A DNA stretch of 64,000 bases from an uncultured Gammaproteobacteria bacterium (GTDB lineage Bacteria; Pseudomonadota; Gammaproteobacteria; CAWCPV01), in contig CAWCPV010000003.1 of assembly GCA_963797555.1 (NCBI GenBank), forward strand, positions 832,001-896,000, written 5' to 3'. Shown one piece after another: positions 1 through 9,596 of this stretch (position 1 is its first letter; each line of letters begins with the position of its first letter). The position numbers and the translations under genes were made by a program. The notes beneath the pieces were generated by a model. That model worked only from the letters and a program-made list of their open reading frames with translations. It was not told the origin of the DNA and did not search any database.

Positions 1-182
1 TGCAGTGACGCCATTATACGATTATACGCGCTGCGCTGCTGGCCGCAGGGCGTCCAGCCCTCTCGGGTCCCCGGCTGGCAAGCTTGCCCCCAGCCGGCTG
101 GCGCCCTCGCGCCCCGCACGCCGAACTATCCTTGCACGGAAACACGGAAAGGGAGAAGACCGAGTGACGTCACCGGGGCGAT

Positions 183-609
183 GTGATGACGATTCCAATA
201 CTGGCAACAGCATGCTCCGGTTTATTTGGCGGGGCTGCTCTGTACATCGCCGCCGTAGAGCATCCGCTCGGATCGAGGCAGGGACCGGTCGCCTTGACCC
301 AGTGGGCACCCGAGCTACAAACGGGCCGTTCTCACGCAGGCGCCGCTCGCCGCTCTCGGCATGATTTCCTCGGCCGCAGCTTGGTTCGAAAACTCCGGCG
401 TGGGGTGGCTAGTTTCAGCCATCGCGCTCGCCGCGATTATCGGGTTCACGTTACTGGGTATCTTCCCCACCAACAAACGCCTGTTAGATTCCAGCCTGGC
501 CGCGGATTTCCCGGAGGCGACGGAGCTCCTGGTCCGCTGGGTAAGACTACACGCCGCCAGAACTGCACTGGGTTTGGCGGCTCTCGCCGCCTGCCTGATT
601 TCCATCTGA
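183..609 (+). CDS. DUF1772/anthrone-oxygenase-like membrane protein, frameshifted in this sequence
   Basis: N-part ILATACSGLFGGAALYIAAVEHP (183 frame) joins via ...WAPSYKRA...QAPLAALG to the 361..609 ORF (GIFPTNKRLL...LLVRWVRLHAART); indels around 265-315. Confidence 0.6.
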
Positions 610-699
610 TGGGCATTGGTCCGAACCCTGCTATCGGTCCGCTCTGTGATCCTTCGGCCTCATGTGGTCCAGGTCGAGTCTGGGGTGATTCTCCTGCTC

Positions 700-1400
700 T
701 ACTACATCGGGCTTGCCCCGCGGGGCCATGGCGAAGATCGGAGACCCTTCATATCAGCCGCAACAACGGAAGGGACCGCGCCCAGACGCCACGCAGGAGC
801 TGCGTGAGGCACTTGTCGATGTTGAACTGCCGGAAGAAAAACCCTATCCCGAGCGGGTCGATGTTGGCGATGTCCGAGATCACTCCCTCGATGTCGTGCC
901 CCAGATCCCGCCCGACAGAGTCATTTCGCGCCAAGATCAGGCGCTCGTCGGGCTTCTGGATCCATATGCCGTCCAGGTCCAGGGTGTCGTCATGTGACCA
1001 GACGATGCCGCGCAGCGCCGTCGAGGTTCTTCTTGTTCGGAAGGGATGGCCGGGTACGAGGCCACCACACCGGTCGCGCGCGGGCGGCCGGCGACCTTGA
1101 CCATGCGCAGGGCTCCTTCGGTGGAGCTGGCGCTCGCTAGAGCGTACGTCGAGATCGCGCCGCCCGCGGCTTCGACGGCCTGCATGAAATAGCGGGCGCG
1201 TTCCGGGTAGGACATCCTGCCCAGCTCGACCCGACTCCGATGACGGCGCCATCGATGCCGTTCTCGATGACGTATTGCAGCAGGCGCGCCGTGCTCTAGC
1301 GGCTGATGGGATACTGCGCTCTCTGGTGAGTGGCAGCGCGGCTGTCGAGGGGCAATGGCCAGGTTGGCGAACACCTGGAATCCGGGCCGAGCAGGCATAC
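700..1400 (-). pseudogene. DapA/N-acetylneuraminate-lyase-like (class I aldolase) gene, multiply frameshifted
   Basis: Segments in different frames: LLQYVIENGIDGAVIGVGSS, MSYPERARYFMQAVEAAGG...ASASSTEGALRMVKVA, IEGVISDIANIDP; order and spacing resemble the DHDPS family; boundaries approximate. Confidence 0.4.
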
Positions 1401-1642
1401 ACGAGTCCTCCAGAACACAACAATCGGCCGCGACCGGAACGGCTTCGGGGTCACGGGCACGGGAAGCACCTCTAGGCCCGACCAGGCCCGATGGCGGCGG
1501 TTCACGTTCCCCGCATCCCAACCGCGATCGCGCGGTGTCAGTATGACTCCATACGCCGCGACCCTGCACCATCCAGCGGCGCTTTCCGCGGCCACGGGTG
1601 GCAGCGCGTTCGGGAGCCGAGACGGCTTGCCCGATGAATTGA

Positions 1643-2596
1643 CTACGTTCGCCAGTCCGAAGGCCGGTAAGGGCCGCTGCGACGTAGCACCGCATCCCTG
1701 ATGCCTGCCAGCATCAGGGCGAGGTTTTGGGCGCGGGGAGGAACGAGAAGGGAGAAATAAACGAATTTGAAGGCCAGACGGAAAATGTCGTGGAATTTCC
1801 AGGCCAGTGGGCAGTACGAACGGAAGTAGAGGGCGATCCGGTTGCGGGTGATGTAGTATTGGCGCAAGGGGCTGTGGAGGTAGATGGGGCCGAGCTGCTT
1901 CAGCCCGGGCAGAAAGGCAGTGGCATCGCCGAGTTGGTGCTGTAATTCCGCGGCACATACCCCGAAGAACAAATAGCCATGGGCCCGGGCGCGAAAGCAC
2001 CATTCCAGGTCGATATTGTCGATGAACAGTTCCTCTTCCGGCAATCCGACTTCCTCGTAGACCGCAAGCGGCGTCAGCATGCCGGAGGAGACGACAAAAT
2101 CGGTGTGGATGTAGGGCACCCCATTCGTGCAGGAGTACTTCTTGACCTTCCTGAAAGAAAAACGGGCGAAGGGAATCGCTACGTCCCCGCGTCTCGACAT
2201 GAGCCGCGGTCCGACCGCTGCGACCCTCGCACCGCGTTGCTGCAAGTCCTCGAGAGCGGACAACAATCGGAGAACCATGTCGCCTGCGGGGAGACTGTCG
2301 TCGTCCAAGAGGATGACGTGGCTTGCTCCCTGCTCTCTGGCCCACCGGATACCTTGGCTTTGGGCCGCGGCCAGTCCACGGTTTTCAGGGAAACAGAGGA
2401 GGGTGACAGCCGCATAGGTATCCGCGAATCCCTGCAGTTGCCCCAGGAGGTCGAGCCCCGAGCCGTTGTCGATGAGCAGCAGCCGGTCGAGCTGGGGCAG
2501 GCACGTCTGGACCAGGCGCAATAGGGATGTGGGGTCCGGATGATAGCTTACGATGACTCCCACGACCCGCCGATGTACCGCCACGCCGCCAGCCAT
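1643..2596 (-). CDS. GT2 rhamnosyltransferase (RfbF/RhlC-like)
   Basis: VIVSYHP, IDNGS, NRGLAAAQSQG, LLDDDS, SSGML, LFIDNIDLEWCFRA, HSPLRQYYITRN motifs. Confidence 0.85.
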   Translation of the reverse strand: MAGGVAVHRRVVGVIVSYHPDPTSLLRLVQTCLPQLDRLLLIDNGSGLDLLGQLQGFADTYAAVTLLCFPENRGLAAAQSQGIRWAREQGASHVILLDDDSLPAGDMVLRLLSALEDLQQRGARVAAVGPRLMSRRGDVAIPFARFSFRKVKKYSCTNGVPYIHTDFVVSSGMLTPLAVYEEVGLPEEELFIDNIDLEWCFRARAHGYLFFGVCAAELQHQLGDATAFLPGLKQLGPIYLHSPLRQYYITRNRIALYFRSYCPLAWKFHDIFRLAFKFVYFSLLVPPRAQNLALMLAGIRDAVLRRSGPYRPSDWRT

Positions 2597-2608
2597 GGGA
2601 AAGGCTCA

Positions 2609-2824
2609 GAGCTCGTGAAGAAATCGTCGCGAGCGGGCCGAGAACGAGGCGCAACGGGCGCACCGACGAGACAACTCGCAAACATAGGCGAGGGGCGGCC
2701 GAATGGCAGGATGGCCATTCGGCACGTCCGCGGGACGCCCCAAAGGGCTGGCGTACGGGGAGGTACGCCATGAACACCGCGCAACGCCGCTATCGGGACG
2801 CGCAGCAGATTTGTTCACGAGATC
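2609..2824. mobile_element. MITE-like element, copy A (17-bp terminal inverted repeats, TCA target duplication)
   Basis: Left end GAGCTCGTGAAGAAATC versus reverse-complemented right end GATCTCGTGAACAAATC; TCA at 2606-2608 and 2825-2827; internal hairpins; related copies near 28.3-28.5 kb and 48.0 kb. Confidence 0.7.
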
Positions 2825-3055
2825 TCACTCCCTGAGTATGTTCCCGGCGTGGGTTTGCACCCTTGACAGAGCCTGGATGAGACCGGGCACCCGGTGCAGT
2901 AAGAGAACGAAAAGCTCCTCCCACAGCCGGGGTCGGACGATGATGTGCTGCCGCCTTCTGGCGTTGATGACGCGCCAAGTCATCCAGACCTTGATGTGCT
3001 GGACGCCGTTGCAGCGAGCGAGATCTCCGTCTTTTTTGAAAAAGACTTGTTTCAT
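2825..3055 (-). CDS. small hypothetical protein (76 aa, MKQVFFKKDG...)
   Basis: ATG overlaps the stop of the upstream glycosyltransferase (ATGA at 3052-3055), typical of translational coupling. Confidence 0.4.
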   Translation of the reverse strand: MKQVFFKKDGDLARCNGVQHIKVWMTWRVINARRRQHIIVRPRLWEELFVLLLHRVPGLIQALSRVQTHAGNILRE

Positions 3056-6000
3056 GGACGCGCTCTGGTAACGTCCAAGTAACGCATCAGGGCGTTCAAA
3101 GCGGGTATGTCCAAGAGCCGGGCACTTCCGTACATCCAGTTGGAATTGCGCAGTCGCTGCTTGAGACTGCGGGGGATCAGCAGGCTTCGCCAACTGAGGC
3201 GATCCCGGTTGAGATCGAGCACATCGTCATGACCGAAGTCCTCCGAGTGCGTGATCTGCATCAGCAGATCGGCCTCCTCTTTGGTGGGGAAGGAAACGAG
3301 GCGCTCCACCAAGGTCATGATGTAGGGACGAATATCATCGAGAGTGTATCCGGTGAGTGCGAGTGCGCGCGAGAACTCCTTGCAGAAATCCAGCACTCCG
3401 GCATGAAAGCGCTCGATCTTCGGATTCAGTCGGAGCTCCTCGAGCCGATCGGGGGCTTCGTCCCCCTTCAGGATCGGGACCACTTCGCCGGTGTCCTCCT
3501 TTCTCTCGTAGCCCACGGCGCTGGCGTGAAGCGCTCGCGCCCCCTCCTCGAAGACTTCTTCAAAACGGGAAAACCCGTCCTCCAGCCGGTTGTTGCGGCG
3601 GACATCGTAGAGCAGACCCCAGATCGTATTCCGAGACGGGTCGAAGTCGTGCTTGATTCCATGCACCCAGCCCATGTAGATACCGAATACGTGCGGATAG
3701 TCCCGTTCCTCGGCGAACGCTTTCTCGAAGTATCTTTGACAAGATCCGTTCCATCCGATGTCCACCAGCCCGATTTTGGTGCCGTTGAAAAAGCCGTTCC
3801 GGGCGAGATAACCTCTGAGTAGCTCTCGCTGGCAGCGCACGTTGCGGACGACGATGGCCTGGAACTCGGGGTCCGCGATGAGAACGTCTGAACTGATCCG
3901 AGTCCCAGTCAGGGATAGGCTGATCGACACTCTCATAGCCATGCTTCCTCGCAAGCGCATCGAACTGCTCCGGCGGCAAGTCGAAGGTCCTGCAAAGCGA
4001 GTAGAGCCCTCTTTGCTTGGGATTGTGCAGAGGAGCGAGAACCATCTCGTAGTCAAGACCCTTGTACATGGCGGCAGGGGCCGCGGATTTTCGCGACACA
4101 TAAAGATACACGGTCTCAGGAATCGCGCTCTGCGCCAAGAGTCTGGGCGCGAGGATATGAAAGATCCGCAAAAACAGGTGACCTTCCCTGGCCAGGAAGA
4201 ACAGCCGAGGAATAGCGTGTGCCCGCGCCTTCTCGATGACTCCGAGGATAAAGGCAGAGTATACCGGTCCCAGGAATGAAAAGCCGAAATCGTAAAAGAA
4301 GTCCTGGCGCGGCGGCGTGCGGATCAACTGCAGCAGATGGCGTCCTCGCCAATAAGGGTTCTTCGCGGTGAGCCAGGCATAGCCGCGAAGCAGCAAGCGT
4401 CGACGATTGCTCTTGGTATCGTCCAGGTGAACCGCGCGGATACCCATCGCGGTCGGGGAAGCATGATCGGAATGGTGGTTATCCCCAACATGGACCATGG
4501 CGTGAGGCGTGATCCCCTCCGCCTCGAGCACGTGCCGGAACAGACGGCCGCTGTATTTGCCCTTGCCCGTCTCGGAGGAAACGTAGATGGCATCGAAATA
4601 GACGGCCAATCCCTTGTCGGCCAAGATCGCCTGTAGGTGCTCCCTGTCCAGATACATGTCGGAAACGGCGATAACCCGCTTGCCCTGGCCCTTGATCCAG
4701 GTCAGAAGCTTCGTGATCCCGGGCTTGGGGTACAGAACCGCCGTTTCCGCCCGCAGCTCCTCGGCGACGATGGCACCCGCGAGGGTATGATCCCGCCGGC
4801 CCAGCAGATCGATCGCCAGTCGGTCGGCCAGATCGGAAAAGAGGTATTCGTGGTCGAGCCCCTCGTTTACCCGGCGCTGCCTGAGGCTGCCCTCGATCCG
4901 ATGCCGAAGACCCAGGATCGTCGTTGACGTGATGTTCCTGGAATAGGCCGTGGCGAGGTGGTCGGACAGGCGGCGCGCCGCGAGCAGCTTGACATGATCG
5001 GGCGGATCGACTTCCCGCTCCAAGACTGTATCGAAGATGTCGAAGGAAATGACTTGCAGCGGCTCGATGCATTGGCCCAATACCTGCCTCAGCGTATCGA
5101 TGTCCTTGACCGAGGTGATGCCTGCAGTGCGTTTGGCCAGGTAACCATTCATGCGGCTCTTGAGCAGCCGGAAAGGGAAGGTGAGCGCCAAGCCGAGCGC
5201 CAGGCTGCGCGAGGCGAGGAGAACGGCGTGATCCCGCTGGAGGTGATCATGAGCCTGCTGCAGCGCGGTGTGGGAGCGCTCCAGAACGCCAAGCTGTTGC
5301 TGGGTCACGTCCAGACAGGCCGCGGTCTCGGCAGCGACGGCCTGGGTCCGTGCCAGATCCCCGTGCAGTCGTGCAGCGTCACTCTGCAGCCGTGCAGCGT
5401 CGCTCTGGAGTCGTGCAAGCTCCCCACGTAAGCGGCCGCACTCCTGATCCAGGCCGTCAATGATAGCCCACTTGCGTGCCCCATCAAGCTTTGTGATATA
5501 TCGTTTGATCTTGTCCAGATGCGCAAGGGGCTTGCCGAGGTCCGGACCATAAACCTCGTTGATTGCCGTCCTGAGGAAAAAGAACGTTTCGACGTTCGCC
5601 TTCAGTGGATTCCTCCGGATGGCATTGGACCCGTGCAGACGATAATCGAGGAGCTTGTCGCCCACCAGAAACCCGAATCTCGGACCGAGCCGCAGTGCCG
5701 CCCGGAAGGCATACTCGTAGTCGTGGATATACTGGTAGGGTCGCAGCTTGCCGAGGAGGCGAGCGCACTCCCGGGAGAAGAAGAAGTTGGAGGTCGTGAT
5801 GGCATAATTACCCGAGAGAAACGCGGTGGCGGGGCTGTTTGCCAGGGTAAATTCACGTTTCAGGTCCTCGTACCAGCCTAGCGACCAATGGGCAGGATCG
5901 TCGACCAGCGCTGAGTGCTCGTCGATCAGATTGATGTCGGACAAGAGGAACTGCTTGTCCTGCCGAGCAGCCTCCCCAATCAGCCGCTCGATTCTCCCGG

Positions 6001-6284
6001 GGTGGAAGCGGTCGTCGGAATTGATGATGGCGAGAAAGCTGCCCTTTGCCTCGGCAATGCCGCGGTTGATGGCATGGTGAGCACCACGGTTCGTCTGCTC
6101 GAAATAGCGGATACGCGCATCGGAAAAACCCTGGGCAATCTCGCCGGTTTTGTCGTGAGACCCGTCATTGACAACGACCAGCTCGAGGTCCTCGTAAGTC
6201 TGATCCAAAACGCTGGTGATTGCCTCGCTCACATACCGCTCATGTGCGGGCATCACCACGGAAACCAACGGCTCGGACGTTCAT
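3052..6284 (-). CDS. multidomain glycosyltransferase: GT2 + coiled coil + HAD phosphatase + phosphoribosyltransferase-like domain (ribofuranosyltransferase-like), frameshifted near 3880
   Basis: ORF 3560..6268 (VSVVMPA, VVNDGS, INSDD; SFDIFDT, VSDMY, HVGDN; LFFLAREG) continues in ORF 3052..4101 (GLVDIGWNGSCQ); probable start ATG near 6284 with an indel. Confidence 0.8.
5349..5418 (-). repeat. 21-bp imperfect tandem repeat encoding heptads ARLQSDA
   Basis: gtgcagcgtcactctgcagcc / gtgcagcgtcgctctggagtc; protein LARLQSDAARLQSDAARLHGDLAR. Confidence 0.8.
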
Positions 6285-6754
6285 GACCCTCGTTTCTGTT
6301 CGGACTCCAAACGGAAGATTTTTGCGCGTATCAGCATACCAGAAAACTGCAGACCGGGCCTAAGCGCTCGTGGCGGGTTTCGCCGCCCCCGAACATGAAG
6401 GATGCTGCGGCGCCATGGCCGATCCATCACCCAGCCATCTCCCGCAAGGGGACGATGGGGATTTTAGGGCGCCTTCGGCGCATTTTCACATTGACGACCG
6501 CGACATGTTCGCGATGTTCCTCGAGAGTGAGGTCTCGGGAGAGGAAGGGCCTCCACGTCGCAGGCGAAGCCCAGATGTCCAAGTCTCCTCGAGCCAGGTT
6601 AAAAGTGTGGCTGATCTTGGATCTTGAGTCAAGTTTGCGATCGGCGAGATTGGCTTCTTCGATGCGCCGGTACCACTGCGCTGCTGGCTTGGAGGAACGT
6701 GCGCGTGGCACGAGCGGGACTCGTGGGGAGGGAGAAGGTGAGCCGGAAAAAGCG

Positions 6755-8184
6755 GGTTCTTACCGGAATCGTGTGGGTAGATATGCTTACGCTGCGGCAG
6801 CCTCTGCCTGAGGTCTGACACAAGATCGTGTGTTGAACGGCGAGGCCGGCAAGTGGGCCAGGTTGCCCGCAATGAGGTAGGCGATGGTGATGAGCGAGCG
6901 CGTGGTGCGGTAGCCGCCAGTGTGGCCGATCAACCGGACAAAGTAGTTGTCGCCAACCGGTCAACGTAATTGTCGCTCTATACCCAGCTATACCAGCGCG
7001 TGAGCGCGGTCTCGGCCTGCTCGAGGGTGCTGGCCGTGGCGTAGATATCGCGCAGCGCCTCCTTGAGGCGCCAGGCGCGGGCGGTCTTGAGCCGGGCGCG
7101 GGAGAGCCAGTGAAAGTCGGTGAGCTGCTCCCAGGTCCAGTCGTGGGCGTCTTTGAGCCAGGTCCAGCGGGTGCCCCTGAGGGCGGGCTCGGTCTTGACC
7201 TCCTCGCGGCGCACTGTATCGACGGCCTGGTTGGCGAGCTGGATGACATGGAAGGCATCGAAGCTCACCGTGGCTTTAGGCAGATGCTTGGTCACCCCGG
7301 CGAGATAAGCGGCGGACAGGTCGATGCACACCTGCTCGATGGCCTGCGGGTCGCCCCCGTGCGCCTGGAGGTCGGCGGCAAAGGCCGCCACGGTGCTCTG
7401 GTCGCGGCCCTCGCAGGCGAACAGCAGGCGTTTGCCCGTGAGGTCATGGAACAGGCTGATGTAGTGCTGCCCACGCCGGGCGGCGGTCTCGTCCAGGCCC
7501 ACGGCGCGCACCGGGGAGTGGTCCTCCTGGGCGCGGGCCGCCTCCACGTAGTGCTCGAGCACCCCCCACAGGCGCTCATCGCCCACGCCCAGGTGCCGGG
7601 CGACGGTCGCCACCGGCATCGCCTGGCACAGCGTCACCACCAGTGCCTCCATCAGCGCCGTGAAGCCACTCTGTGCGCGCGCCCACGGCGGCTCGACCTG
7701 AGTCGTCTTGCCGCAGCTCTCACAGCGCACTCGCGGCAGATGCGCGTGCAGGTCTGCCCGTGACTTAAAGAAGCTCAGGTGCTGCCAGCTGCGCTTGCGG
7801 GTATCATGCACCGGCTGGCCTGGCGCTCCGCACGCCGGGCAGGCGAAGCGGCTCCCCTTGGCAAAGGCCACCTCGAGGTCGATGCGCCCAGCCTCGGGGT
7901 CAAAGCGTACGCCGGTGACTTCCCAAGGCGCCGTGAGACCCAGTGCCGTCGTGAATAGATGCGTTGGCTCCATGGCGCTCCCCCCTTGATGGCCTGTGGA
8001 TTTGTGGACGAGTCCTGCGGAGCGGCCCGCGTCCCAAGGACCGTGTGGACAACCTCCCGGTTGCCCACACTCGCGGGCCTCTCGCCCACAACCCCACAGG
8101 CCCAACCACAAGATGTTGTGATAGACGATTGCTCAGAACGGATGCTACTCGACCACCACGATCCACACAATTACCGAAAGAGCC
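6755..8184 (-). mobile_element. ISL3-family IS, copy 1 (internally deleted, transposase truncated)
   Basis: Ends GGCTCTTTCGGTAATTGTGTGG / GGTTCTTACCGGAATCGTGTGG; 8-bp direct repeat AAAAAGCG at 6747-6754 and 8185-8192; transposase (zinc finger CPAC..CESC, GLDET, IDLS, FDAFH) stops at 6978. Confidence 0.92.
6931..6982 (-). repeat. IS21-like terminal sequence (two 23-bp tandem units) inside ISL3 copy 1
   Basis: caaccggacaaagtagttgtcgc (6931-6953) and caaccggtcaacgtaattgtcgc (6954-6976); absent from ISL3 copies 2 and 3. Confidence 0.6.
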
Positions 8185-8344
8185 AAAAAGCGTGCTTGGG
8201 GTGAAAAAGAGCGCGGTGCGCAGCCCCTCTGAGGTCACGGTGTAACGATGGGGCGCGGAGCCCTTTGGATAAGCTTGTGCAGGCGCAAGCGTCTCAGGTC
8301 GTACGTCATTTTCCCAGGGGAGTAGTGGGCAGGGCTCTCGCCCA

Positions 8345-8400
8345 CCCGAGACAGCATGGCCAGCCACTGGGCGTCACCGAGGTCGGTCTTGCTAGTGAGA
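8345..8400 (-). pseudogene. IS110 transposase internal fragment
   Basis: KTDLGDAQWLAMLSRVG matches the IS110 KTDxxDA motif. Confidence 0.6.
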
Positions 8401-8419
8401 AAAGCTTGCGGTCGGGAGG

Positions 8420-8665
8420 AGCGGACGGGCCACCACTCGGACGACGGCTTCTGGTACGACTTCGGATACCAGTATGTGGGCATACTGTTCCTCGGTTTCG
8501 CGCAGTGGCTACTTTCATCGATCGCAAGAGCACGCGATGGAGAAGCTGTTCTTCCTGTCCCGCGACGGCTATATCGTCAAGCAGTGTTATGACCTTCTCG
8601 CCCAGACCATTTCGGGCGCACCGGTGTCCGAGTATATGTATGCCTCCCGGCGATTTGCGGCGTGC
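8420..8665 (+). pseudogene. fragment of a HAD/phosphoribosyltransferase polysaccharide gene (paralogue of the 3052..6284 C-terminal half)
   Basis: FWYDFGYQYVGILFLGFAQWL.../MEKLFFLSRDGYIVKQCYDLL...EYMYASRR aligns with FFYDFGFSFLGP...LFFLAREGHLF...VYLYVSRK. Confidence 0.6.
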
Positions 8666-8994
8666 CCAGGTGCGCTCTTCGCCGAATTTGTCCCCAACCA
8701 ATAAGGATTGAGGCGACCCGAAGGGTCGTTTCAATCCAGTGTTCAAGAAGCCCGGTGGTGGGCGTGGCTCTTTAACAGCAAGGGGATTGCTTCAGCGGCG
8801 TGTGGGCGGCGGGGTGCGTGAGCGTGAGGATGGTGCGCTCAGCGCATGGTGCAGCCGTGCGCAGAGGGGATTTTTGGGCCGTTTCTCTGGGGGGCAGGCG
8901 GTATCGGTGGTGATAAGCCGCCCCCAAGGGGCTATAGGGCAAAGCGAGGCCGTTCCGCGCGGAAACACCGAGCGGACTGGCCCGAGGCCGGGCG

Positions 8995-9350
8995 CGAGGG
9001 TGATACCCATCCGGCTGTTCGATTATCGCACAGGCAGTGACTTGCCTCTGATGCACATCGAGTCCAATGACACGCTTGAACAGCGATACCAGTTCCATGT
9101 CGTCTCCCATCGAAATACACTTCAAGAGGTGGGAGACGGCGCAGCCGGACCGAGTGAGCCTGAAGGCGGCAAGCCCCCGACGGCCTTTTTAGCGTGCACT
9201 CTCTCAAGGAAGCAATCCGGGGTACGAGTCGGTCCGGCGGGTCACGTTAGGCTGCGGGGTCGAGCCGCCAAAAACTTGCGCGACCTCTTCCCGCCGTCTC
9301 CCACCCCACAGCTTCTTTCATCCTCTGGGGTGGCGCCAGACGCAATGATT
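8995..9350 (-). mobile_element. IS110-family left end: about 250-bp non-coding leader plus the first ~33 codons of the transposase
   Basis: MELVSLFKRVIGLDVHQRQVTACAIIEQPDG (IS110 GLDVH motif) starting at 9098, preceded by non-coding DNA up to about 9350. Confidence 0.6.
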
Positions 9351-9596
9351 GTTAGGGCTAAGACCACCGCGAGATGGACCCCGCCGGGCTGCCCCCTTAG
9401 GCAAGCCACGGAGCTACACCCCGTGCTGGTCCGACGGCCGCGCGGCCGTACCCCGCGCGCCCTCCGAGTCGAGGCTCTCTGTTTTTTCCAACGGGCAACG
9501 CTGGCTGCAGAGCCGGCCCGTTGACCCACATGACGGCTGGCGGGCCGCGCCGTAGGAGGAGCGCCCGGAGCCCAGCCGCCAATCAATACGCGCGCG

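Larger units (their letters stand above)
6590..8345 (-). mobile_element. 3' relic of an unclassified transposase-like gene (YDLRRLRLH family), interrupted by ISL3 copy 1
   Basis: 8193-8345 encodes HYSPGKMTYDLRRLRLHKLIQR..RYTVTSEGLRTALFF; 6620-6754 encodes the continuation ending ...RIEEANLA. Confidence 0.45.

Noticed and set aside
6965-6972. CGTAATTG in the IS21-like insert equals the target duplication of ISL3 copy 2
   Set aside because: A short match with no ISL3 end at that point; most likely coincidence.
8739-9524. 261-aa plus-strand ORF across the IS110 relic
   Set aside because: No recognisable domain; it spans unrelated IS fragments on the opposite strand.
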